A stretch of 64,000 nt of DNA from contig OY762463.1 in NCBI GenBank assembly GCA_963665815.1, positions 96,001 through 160,000 on the forward strand, read 5' to 3'. Source of the DNA: Candidatus Cloacimonadales bacterium (GTDB lineage: Bacteria; Cloacimonadota; Cloacimonadia; Cloacimonadales; JAIOQZ01). Made by a program: the position numbers and the translations under genes. A model generated the notes under the pieces. It saw only the letters and a list, made by a program, of their open reading frames with translations. It did not search any database and was not told the DNA's origin. Of the stretch, positions 36,547 to 45,314 are shown piece by piece. Within the stretch, counting starts at the first letter, position 1; every line of letters begins with the position of its first letter.

Positions 36547-37380
36547 TCAATTGCAAGATAAAATTTTTTCAGTGTTCTCAACTGCATAGTCAATAAAATC
36601 CATTGTTTCCAGAAGATCACTTTGCTCTGCACGCTGTCTTATCTTCTTACAGAATCTGACACCTTTTCGTTCTTCCCATGCATCTGAGATTAGTTTGTGC
36701 CAGGTTGAATCGAGTTGCTGTAATCCCCATTTCATTCCGGACAGTTTTGATTTAACAACACCTGTAGAGATTGTCTCGAGAAACCTACAGGCACACAGAA
36801 CTGAGTATGATTGCCCAAAACGAGTATTACAGAAATCAAGGGGACCGTTTAACTCATCTTTGAAAAATTTTTGCAGCATTTGAAGAGTTAACTTTGTCTC
36901 TTCAATTATATTTTCTGGTGGGACAGGAGAGAGAAATGAATCCGGCTTTTCTCCACACAATATAACTGCTTTTTCTCTTAGTATCCAGCGTACATGCCAT
37001 TTGTTGTCATGATCGGATTGCTGAAGAGTAATGTCTCCGTTTTCCAGATACCAGACAGGTTCATCAATTCTGGAGTAATCCGAAATCAATTCTTTACTGA
37101 TGTAAGAACCCTCAAGATGTTCTGCAGGATAGTATCCAATTTTATGAATTTCGGAATGCATTAAGTTTAGTTCTTCAACATCTGCTTCATTAATATCTCT
37201 TTGAGTTATCACAAGAAAATCAATATCACTGTCCAGATCAAAATCTCCTGTAGCGAGAGATCCTATCATATATATTCCTGTAATATTATCGAATAGTATG
37301 CTTTTAAGTCCTCCAACAAAAATAGACAAAACTTCTGGTAATTCAGGATAAATCTCAACTCCAATATTAATTTGGTTCAT
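36547..37380 (-). CDS. Aminoglycoside adenylyltransferase-like nucleotidyltransferase (DUF4111-type C-terminus)
   Basis: GIYMIGSLATGDF..DSDIDFL, LEGSY, VL..CR...T..G.V.SK...W. Confidence 0.8.
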   Translation of the reverse strand: MNQINIGVEIYPELPEVLSIFVGGLKSILFDNITGIYMIGSLATGDFDLDSDIDFLVITQRDINEADVEELNLMHSEIHKIGYYPAEHLEGSYISKELISDYSRIDEPVWYLENGDITLQQSDHDNKWHVRWILREKAVILCGEKPDSFLSPVPPENIIEETKLTLQMLQKFFKDELNGPLDFCNTRFGQSYSVLCACRFLETISTGVVKSKLSGMKWGLQQLDSTWHKLISDAWEERKGVRFCKKIRQRAEQSDLLETMDFIDYAVENTEKILSCN

Positions 37381-37553
37381 AATAAACCTCCGAATGATTT
37401 AATACAATCAATAAGACAAAACCACTTGAGTATGTCAACAATTTGCGTTGTAAGTGATGTATTCTATATAAAAGACATTTTGTGTTGATACAAAATTCAA
37501 TTATATTATCTGTAAATGTAATTTTCTGTACTTACAGACTCTCAGGAGCATAA

Positions 37554-38711
37554 ATGAGAAATTATATCTTTTCTCTCTTTAAACTTACATATATACTCTT
37601 TATTTGTATAGTAATATTTTTTCCAATAAATCTATCTGCGAACTTCAAGCCGGATACACTTGTCGTAACAAATTCAGTTTCCTGGGCTCCATTTTCTTAC
37701 ATTAATCATCAAGGAGACCCCGATGGATTACTAATAGAATTCTGGAGAATGTTCGGAATATATAATAATGTTGAGATAAAATATGATTTAACATCTTGGA
37801 ATGAAAGTCTTAAGAGAATCAAAAAAGGTAAAGCTGACTGCCATGGAGGGCTGTTTCGTAATTCTGAGCGGGAAGAATACATGCTGTTCTCAAATCCTCT
37901 CAATATGTCTTTGGAAACCAGACTGTTTACAAAGAAGGATGTATCTTTTGAAGATCTTGTTACCTCAAATAGTGTTGCTGTAGGAATAGTAAAAGGAGAT
38001 TTCATCGAATCATATCTTCGAGATCATTATCCCAATCTTCAGCTGCACACATTCCAGACAAGCAGAGATGTAATTCTTGCTGCGGTTTACGGGAAAATCA
38101 GTACTTTTGCTTTGGATTTCCCAACTGTATCATATAATATGGTAAAATTTCCACAACTGAATGATTTCCATAGTGCCAGTACATTAAACAGAGATTACAT
38201 GAGAATTGGAGTTCAGAAAGGAAATACAAAACTCTTGAGATTTATTAATGAAGGTATTGATAGAATTCCGGAAGAAAGACTGAGGCAGATTGTTGGCAAA
38301 AGGATTCAATATGAGGAAAAAACACCTGATTGGCTGTTATCATTTATCATTTTGATTGTTTCACTTAGTGTAGTGATTATAATTGTTGTATACATTTCTT
38401 TGCTTAAAAAAAATGAAAAGACTCTGAGATATCTGGTAAAAGCTAAAACGAGTGAATTAGAAGAAAAAAACAGTGAACTTACAAAAGCTCTGGATGAAGT
38501 GAAGAAGCTCAGTGGAATTCTGCCGATTTGCTCGAGTTGCAAGAAAATCAAAGATAGTAAAGGTTACTGGAATCAGGTTGAAACATATATTACGACACAT
38601 TCCGATGCTCAATTCAGTCATGGATTATGCGAATCCTGTGCTGAAAAAATATACGGAAAAGAAGACTGGTACAAAGAGATGAAAGATGAGGAAAAGAAAA
38701 CTGATGATTGA
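37554..38711 (+). CDS. Periplasmic substrate-binding sensor + TM + C-terminal Cys/His domain
   Basis: WAPFSY...DG SBP_bac_3-like domain; TM helix; LPICSSCKKI...YW...HGLCESC. Confidence 0.8.
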   Translation: MRNYIFSLFKLTYILFICIVIFFPINLSANFKPDTLVVTNSVSWAPFSYINHQGDPDGLLIEFWRMFGIYNNVEIKYDLTSWNESLKRIKKGKADCHGGLFRNSEREEYMLFSNPLNMSLETRLFTKKDVSFEDLVTSNSVAVGIVKGDFIESYLRDHYPNLQLHTFQTSRDVILAAVYGKISTFALDFPTVSYNMVKFPQLNDFHSASTLNRDYMRIGVQKGNTKLLRFINEGIDRIPEERLRQIVGKRIQYEEKTPDWLLSFIILIVSLSVVIIIVVYISLLKKNEKTLRYLVKAKTSELEEKNSELTKALDEVKKLSGILPICSSCKKIKDSKGYWNQVETYITTHSDAQFSHGLCESCAEKIYGKEDWYKEMKDEEKKTDD

Positions 38712-38738
38712 AAAAGCCATGGGAATTCCACGGCTTTT
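38711..38738. terminator. Bidirectional terminator
   Basis: AAAAGCCATGG...CCACGGCTTTT between convergent genes. Confidence 0.7.
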
Positions 38739-38764
38739 AATATATTGAAATTTTCTAATTTTTT

Positions 38765-39544
38765 TTATCTTGCTTTACAAATTCCTCTATGTGAGTTTTT
38801 CACAAAATCAACGAATACCTGGGCTTCAGGAGTAACATCATTCATCAGCAACACTTCTTCTAATGCCTGTGTAACATTCATTCCTGAATTATAAAACAAT
38901 TTGTAGATTTTTCTGATATTGGCGATAGCTTCTTCAGAAAAGCCTTTTCTTTGAAGACCTACGCTGTTTATTCCTGCAACTTTATAAGGCATTCCTTCAC
39001 CTCGAGTATATGGAGGTACATCTTTTTTCACACCGGAAGCTCCACCGACAAAAGTATTTCTGCCAATCTGTACGAATTGATGAATAGCTGTCATTCCGCC
39101 AATGCTAGCGTAGTCATTTATAACAACATGTCCGGCAATCTGCACAGCATTTGCAATTATAATATTGTTACCTATTTGACAATTATGAGCAACATGTACA
39201 TACGCCATAATAAGATTATTGCTGCCGATATTTACGTCTTCATCCATTGTTGCAGATTTGTTCAGAGTAGCAAATTCTCGTATACTGTTGTTATTACCAA
39301 TTCTAAGTTTTGTTGGTTCTCCGTTGTATTTCAGGTCCTGAGGAACGGTTCCAAGAACAGCGGAATGAAAAACTTTATTATCAGATCCAAGTATAGTATC
39401 TCCATCAACTACAACATTTGATTGAAGATATGTTCTGTCACCAATCTGTACATCTTCTCCGATAATACAGTATGGTCCAATCTCGACATCATTTCCAAGT
39501 TTCGCACCGGGTGCTACAATTGCAGAAGGATGAATTTTTACCAT
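38765..39544 (-). CDS. lpxA: UDP-GlcNAc acyltransferase
   Basis: Hexapeptide repeats, PQDLKY, HVAHNC, IHQF. Confidence 0.95.
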   Translation of the reverse strand: MVKIHPSAIVAPGAKLGNDVEIGPYCIIGEDVQIGDRTYLQSNVVVDGDTILGSDNKVFHSAVLGTVPQDLKYNGEPTKLRIGNNNSIREFATLNKSATMDEDVNIGSNNLIMAYVHVAHNCQIGNNIIIANAVQIAGHVVINDYASIGGMTAIHQFVQIGRNTFVGGASGVKKDVPPYTRGEGMPYKVAGINSVGLQRKGFSEEAIANIRKIYKLFYNSGMNVTQALEEVLLMNDVTPEAQVFVDFVKNSHRGICKAR

Positions 39545-39553
39545 GTCAGTCTC

Positions 39554-40945
39554 CTATTTCTCCATTACTTTAGCCATGAAATCAGCTTCACAGACTTTGA
39601 CTGAACCAACATAGGCATCGCCATGCATTTTACATAAGCTTCGCTTCATGGAGATAACTTTCAGTTCGAATCTTAGTGTATCTCCCGGTAACACCGGTTT
39701 TCTGAATTTAACATTGTCAATTGAGGCAAAGTATGCAACATAATTCTGCGGATCAGGATAAGAGTTCAACAGCATAATACCGCCTGTTTGTGCCATAGCT
39801 TCTACAGTAAGAACTCCTGGCATAACAGGATGATCCGGGAAGTGTCCCTGGAAGAATGGTTCATTAATCGTAACATTCTTAATACCTGTAATACTTTCAC
39901 CATTTTTGAAATCAACAATTTTATCTACAAGAAGGAATGGATATCTGTGAGGAAGTATTTTAAGAATAGCATTGATGTCGAACACAACATCTTTAGTCTG
40001 TTTCTCTGTAAAAATCTTTTGCAGTTCCTGTTTCTTGTGTAATTGACGAAGTTTTTTCACCAGAGCAACGTTTGTTTTATGACCTGATCTCGCTGCAAGG
40101 ATATGACCTTTAATCGGAACACCGAGTAAAGCAATATCGCCTACAAGATCAAGAACTTTATGACGTACAAACTCGTTGTAATATCTAAGCTCTGTGTTGT
40201 TAAGAAGTCCGTTCTCGTTTATTTCGATTTCGTCTTTATAGTTAAACAATTCTCTAAGGTGATCTATCTCCTCCTTAGAAATGTCCGGTTCGGATATTAC
40301 AATAGCATTTTCAAGAGAACCACCCTTGATAAGCCCTGCTTCTTTAAGCTGAACAATTTCATTCAGGAAACAGAAAGTTCTGGAGGCAGCAAATTCTTTC
40401 TCAAAATAGCTCATATTTGGAAGCCATGTATATTGTGTTCCAAGATATTTATGTTTATAATCTACGAGGAAAGTTATTTTTAATTCATTAGCAGGAACAA
40501 TTACAATATCAACACCATCTTTTTCAGCAGAGAAATTTATTGGTTCATCAAACTCAAAGTATTCTCTTACACTGTTTTGGGTAACAATGTTTACTTTCTT
40601 CAGAAGATTCATGTAGGGGAGAGCTGAACCGTCGGCAACAGGAACTTCCGGACCATCAACTTCAACTCGGATGTTATCGATATCCAGTCCTTTGATTGCA
40701 GCCATGATATGCTCAATAGTTGCTATTGTAGCTTTTTTAATACCTATTGTGGTTCCTCGAGATATATCAATAACATGATCGATATCGGCGGGGATTTCAG
40801 GACATTCAGGAAGGTCTGATCTGACAAAAATAATGCCATCGTCAGGTCCTGCCGGTTTAAAAGTTACAGTTGAAATCTGTCCATAATGAAGTCCTACACC
40901 GGTATAAGTTACCATTCCTCCAATAGTTTTTTTAAATTCTTTCAT
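39554..40945 (-). CDS. lpxC-fabZ: Bifunctional LpxC / FabZ
   Basis: GVGLH, TIEH, HKVLDLVGD; LPHRYPFLLVD, GHFP..PVMPGVL. Confidence 0.95.
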   Translation of the reverse strand: MKEFKKTIGGMVTYTGVGLHYGQISTVTFKPAGPDDGIIFVRSDLPECPEIPADIDHVIDISRGTTIGIKKATIATIEHIMAAIKGLDIDNIRVEVDGPEVPVADGSALPYMNLLKKVNIVTQNSVREYFEFDEPINFSAEKDGVDIVIVPANELKITFLVDYKHKYLGTQYTWLPNMSYFEKEFAASRTFCFLNEIVQLKEAGLIKGGSLENAIVISEPDISKEEIDHLRELFNYKDEIEINENGLLNNTELRYYNEFVRHKVLDLVGDIALLGVPIKGHILAARSGHKTNVALVKKLRQLHKKQELQKIFTEKQTKDVVFDINAILKILPHRYPFLLVDKIVDFKNGESITGIKNVTINEPFFQGHFPDHPVMPGVLTVEAMAQTGGIMLLNSYPDPQNYVAYFASIDNVKFRKPVLPGDTLRFELKVISMKRSLCKMHGDAYVGSVKVCEADFMAKVMEK

Positions 40946-40949
40946 AATC

Positions 40950-41969
40950 TTAACTCTTTATTTTTTTCATTTTTTTAACAAGTTCGGGAAGTCTTTTCAT
41001 TGCAACAATAACTCTTTTCTGCTGCATTGCATCAATAGCAGGTGTTCCGAAATATTTCATGTTACTTTCCAGATTTCCGGCTATACCGGATTGAGCTCCT
41101 ACCATAACATTATCACCGACTTTTAAGTGACCGCCGGCTCCAACCTGTCCGGCAAGATAAACATTATTACCTATGCCTGTTGAACCGGCAAGTCCAACCT
41201 GAGCACAGACAATTGTGTCTTCACCAATTGTACAATTATGCCCAATCTGGACAAGGTTATCTATTTTTGTACCACGAGATATTCTGGTTGTTCCAAGTGT
41301 AGCTCTGTCAATACAGGAATTTGCTCCGATTTCAACATCATCCTCCAGAACAACATTACCAACCTGTGGAATCTTCTCCTGTTTCTTATCCCATTCAAGA
41401 TAACCAAAACCATCTGCACCAATAACAGTACCGGAATGAAGTATCACTCTGTCTCCGACTGCACAATCATGATAGATATTGACATTCGGATAGAAATGAC
41501 AGTTACTGCCGATTTTTGTATTTTCACCAATAGAGCTGTTAGCATCGATTCTGGTATTGTCCCCGATTTCTGCTCCTCTGGCAACAACAACATTAGCTCC
41601 CAGACTTACATTACTACCAAGTTTAACATCTTTAGCAACAATTGCTGAAGGGTGTATTACTGCCTCAATAACTGATTCATCAAGCTTGAGCCATTCTCTT
41701 ACGAGAAACATAAACATGAAGTAGGGTTTAGGTGTGTAGATAACATTTCTGTCTTCGAACTTGAAGTTCGGAGTTGAAATCAGAAGACCGGCATTGGATT
41801 GCTCAGCCTGCTCAAGAAACTTTGGGTTTTCTATAAAACAAATTGAGCTTGAATTGGCCTCTGCAAGTTCAGCGACATTATCAAATTCGCAATCGTTGAG
41901 AATTCTAAAATCGCCCTGAATTTTTGTCTTAAGTATATCTGTATTTATTTTAAGCTTGAATTTTTTCAT
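40950..41969 (-). CDS. lpxD: UDP-3-O-acylglucosamine N-acyltransferase
   Basis: GADGFG, KIPQVG, IDNLVQIGHN. Confidence 0.95.
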   Translation of the reverse strand: MKKFKLKINTDILKTKIQGDFRILNDCEFDNVAELAEANSSSICFIENPKFLEQAEQSNAGLLISTPNFKFEDRNVIYTPKPYFMFMFLVREWLKLDESVIEAVIHPSAIVAKDVKLGSNVSLGANVVVARGAEIGDNTRIDANSSIGENTKIGSNCHFYPNVNIYHDCAVGDRVILHSGTVIGADGFGYLEWDKKQEKIPQVGNVVLEDDVEIGANSCIDRATLGTTRISRGTKIDNLVQIGHNCTIGEDTIVCAQVGLAGSTGIGNNVYLAGQVGAGGHLKVGDNVMVGAQSGIAGNLESNMKYFGTPAIDAMQQKRVIVAMKRLPELVKKMKKIKS

Positions 41970-41977
41970 TTACTTCC

Positions 41978-42640
41978 TCATTTACCTGCTTTAGGTGGCT
42001 CAGGAGCTTTAAACTCTTCCTTATCGAAAGGATCGTGAGTTTCATTTTTCTTATCATCCTGCTTCTTGTCATCTTCTTTTGGTCTATCAAATGGATCGCT
42101 GCTTTCATCTGATTCATTGGTGATAATCTGTCCTTCACTGTCCAGTTCATCAATAACAAGTTGTGTAATATCTATTCCGGGTACAGCATATACAACAGTT
42201 CCACCGGAAGCATCCAGTACTATCGAATAATTATTCTGGTCAGCAACTCTTTTGATTGCTTCCTGAAGTTTAACAAGAATCGGTTCAAGGAGCTCATTGT
42301 TTCTCTGAGCTGCCAGACCATTTTCACCAAAAATGCTTTCGATAAAGTCATTAAGCTCTTTTTCTTTTTCTTCGATAAGCTTTTCGGCTTCTTCTCTACC
42401 TGAATCAGTAAGAATTACTTTTTTAGCTTCGTAATCATTTTTCAATTGAGTAATGGCTGCTTTTTTCTCGTTGATCTGCTTATCCCAATTCTGCTGATAA
42501 TTACTGAATTCCGTTTTAGCATCAACGATGTCTTTTGCTTTATTCATTATTTCCTGAGTATCTATATAGGCAGCTTTAAATTCTACTGCACTGCATAATA
42601 TTACAATTAAAAGCATAGCTGCAATTATTATTTTTTTCAT
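41978..42640 (-). CDS. skp: OmpH/Skp periplasmic chaperone
   Basis: Signal peptide, AYID, coiled coil, YSIVLD...DIT; upstream of lpxD. Confidence 0.88.
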   Translation of the reverse strand: MKKIIIAAMLLIVILCSAVEFKAAYIDTQEIMNKAKDIVDAKTEFSNYQQNWDKQINEKKAAITQLKNDYEAKKVILTDSGREEAEKLIEEKEKELNDFIESIFGENGLAAQRNNELLEPILVKLQEAIKRVADQNNYSIVLDASGGTVVYAVPGIDITQLVIDELDSEGQIITNESDESSDPFDRPKEDDKKQDDKKNETHDPFDKEEFKAPEPPKAGK

Positions 42641-42713
42641 TGTATCCTCCAATAAAAATCTGACTATCAAAAATTATTATCTGAAAATTTGAGTCAACAA
42701 AAACGTACTTCAA

Positions 42714-45245
42714 TTACAATTTATCAATAATTTTCTTTTTTAACTCCTTAACTCCCTCAAACTCAGAATCAAGTTCAATAATCTTGTCAAGAATCTGCAT
42801 TGCTTCTCCATATGACCCTTTTTCATATAAGACTCCACCCAAAACAAAATTCATGTCAATATTTTCCGGTTGAAGTTTTATGAACTTTTTCAAAGGTTCC
42901 TCTATAATTTCATAATTACCTGTACGGTATGCAATAGGTAACAAAGACTGCAATGCTTTTGTAAATTGTGGATTTATCTCAAGAGCACCAAGATAATATC
43001 TGACAGCATCATCTGTCAATCCATTGCTTTCTGAGATTATTCCTTTGCCCAGAATAGCATTAACATTTTCTCTGTTTAAATCCAATGCCCGGTTCAAATG
43101 ACTCTCAGCACTTGATATGTCAGAAAACATAAGATAGTAAGTTGCATAAGTAACATGTATTTCATCATTATCAGGATCACTATCCAAGGCTTTTTTTAGA
43201 AGATGTTCAGCTTCGAAAGCTCTTTCCAGTTTTATGAGAAGCAGAGCTTTCTGATTCAATATTTCTGCTTTGAGAGCTGAGTTGTGCACATCGTCAATTG
43301 CTATTCTATTGATTTTATTGTATGCTTCCTGTATCATATTCTGTTTCTGAAGAGCTATACATGATTTAAGTAGTACATCAGGATCATCCGGAATCATTTC
43401 CTGGTAAACATCTACCATTTCATAATCACCATTGAGATAATAAAGATCGATCAGTTCTTTGATTAAATCCGTATTACCCGGATCCTCAGCAATTCTTGAC
43501 TTAACAAACTCAATTTTGTCGTCCATATCTGCATCATCAGGAATTGAAGGAACTGCTATTTCTCCGGAGGAAGCAGTGCTCCTATTGTCTGGAGATAATG
43601 TATTATCCGGATTACTCTGATTTTCAACCTTATAAATAAATGTATCAAAAGCACAGATGAGTCTTCTTCCCATTCTCGCACATTGAAGAATAAGCTCCAG
43701 CCAGTTTGTGTGAAAGTTTGATTGTGTTAGTTCGGCTTGCATGAGTATATCTTTTCTTACTGCGAACACGGGAGATTTTGCATATTCAAGCTCACAGGAC
43801 TGTCCGGTCATTGAGTATGTTAACTGCAAAGCTTTTGTTGATGGATGCATTTGCTGTTTAAAGTCAATGTAATTCCTGTAGTATAAGTTATCTCCCGGAA
43901 TCTGTTCATTTTTGAGAGGGAGAATAATACCGACATTTTCGGAAACAGCAAAATGATTTTCCATAAATATCGGCATCACTGGGGACATATGGAAGTCTGA
44001 GTCACAAAACAGTACAATCTCAGCACGTGAATCTTCCGCTGCTTTCTGAGCCTGTTGTAAAATGTTTTCCCGATCAGGTCCGTTATAGCTGAAGAATAAG
44101 TCACTTTTATTGCTGTATTTATTGATAAATTCAGTCTTTTCGTTATCATTTGAAGTATTTACAGCAAGAAGAATCTTCCTTTCTGAATCTGTATCAAGCA
44201 GTTTAAGCGCTTCTTCAATAACCAGTTTTGAGGAATTTCCGTTTCTTTCTGACACAAAAGATTGAGCTGATTCAGCAGATTTATCTGAATTCAATGGAGT
44301 CATCAGAGACTTATAAAGAAGATCTTTCAGTTTGTTGACATCCGAAAACCTGTAGCCAATATCACGGAATCTGTATTCCAGATCATCAGGATGATAGTTG
44401 ATGTAGTTTTCGATTGTAGGGCTATCAAAAAGAAGAACAGGTTTTTTGCAGGCTGCAAACTCAAATATAACTGAAGAAACATCTGAAATAAGAATGTCTC
44501 CGGCAATAAAGCACTCAGCAATATCCTGAGCTTCTGAATAGAAAACGTTGCTGTGCATACTTGCCAGACTGCTGTATTTTCTTCGCCATTCTTCAGGGGC
44601 AGCACCGTGCAGTTTTATGATAATATTAAAATAATCCGGAACCAACTCAGGGATTCTATCTTCAATATGAGGCACTATACTGAATTCAGGATTAAATGTC
44701 GGGGCAAACAGTACAGTTTTCTTTTCAGGATCAAGTTTCATTTTTTTAAGAATCTCTTTCTGTTTATGAAGATTCATGAAAACATGATCAAGTTTGGGCA
44801 TTCCTGTTACTACAATTTTCGTTCTTACCAGTTTTTCCAGTGTAGATTTATGGATTTCACCAGGAACACAAAGAAGATCCGCACAGTTTTCCCTGAGGGA
44901 AATTAAGCGATCCGTGAAGAACCAGCCTTTGGAGATTGTGCCATGACCGATGTTGACTATTTTGCCAAGTCCTTCTGTATACTGGTAACTGAAGTCAGCC
45001 ATGAAAGTAATATCCGGACTGTAAGCATATGGATCAGTGATTACTCTGTAGGGTACTTCAATATTGGCTTTCAGAAAATCTTCTCTTATCCCATATCCGG
45101 GATTACCATATGAAGATGGAATGAAAGATTGGCAAAATATACCTGTTTCTCCAAGTTTATTTTCATGGATATGTTTCATCAGATTGTGAAGCAGGGGAAG
45201 ATGTAATTCGCGCTCTAAAAAAAATAGGAATTTTACTTCGGGCAT
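42714..45245 (-). CDS. TagF-like glycerophosphotransferase domain + C-terminal TPR repeats
   Basis: HG.ISKG, TGMPKLD, LFAPTFN, IKLH, ISDVSSV.FEF; TPR-type helices. Confidence 0.82.
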   Translation of the reverse strand: MPEVKFLFFLERELHLPLLHNLMKHIHENKLGETGIFCQSFIPSSYGNPGYGIREDFLKANIEVPYRVITDPYAYSPDITFMADFSYQYTEGLGKIVNIGHGTISKGWFFTDRLISLRENCADLLCVPGEIHKSTLEKLVRTKIVVTGMPKLDHVFMNLHKQKEILKKMKLDPEKKTVLFAPTFNPEFSIVPHIEDRIPELVPDYFNIIIKLHGAAPEEWRRKYSSLASMHSNVFYSEAQDIAECFIAGDILISDVSSVIFEFAACKKPVLLFDSPTIENYINYHPDDLEYRFRDIGYRFSDVNKLKDLLYKSLMTPLNSDKSAESAQSFVSERNGNSSKLVIEEALKLLDTDSERKILLAVNTSNDNEKTEFINKYSNKSDLFFSYNGPDRENILQQAQKAAEDSRAEIVLFCDSDFHMSPVMPIFMENHFAVSENVGIILPLKNEQIPGDNLYYRNYIDFKQQMHPSTKALQLTYSMTGQSCELEYAKSPVFAVRKDILMQAELTQSNFHTNWLELILQCARMGRRLICAFDTFIYKVENQSNPDNTLSPDNRSTASSGEIAVPSIPDDADMDDKIEFVKSRIAEDPGNTDLIKELIDLYYLNGDYEMVDVYQEMIPDDPDVLLKSCIALQKQNMIQEAYNKINRIAIDDVHNSALKAEILNQKALLLIKLERAFEAEHLLKKALDSDPDNDEIHVTYATYYLMFSDISSAESHLNRALDLNRENVNAILGKGIISESNGLTDDAVRYYLGALEINPQFTKALQSLLPIAYRTGNYEIIEEPLKKFIKLQPENIDMNFVLGGVLYEKGSYGEAMQILDKIIELDSEFEGVKELKKKIIDKL

Positions 45246-45314
45246 AATGTCTCCGGAATTATAAAAGAGTGATAGAAAATAAAGAGACCTGAATTAACAG
45301 GTCTCAAAGCTTAT

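Noticed and set aside
26505-37380. Integron cassette array of small unrelated genes
   Set aside because: Genes are on mixed strands, spacer hairpins look like terminators rather than attC sites, and there is no intI
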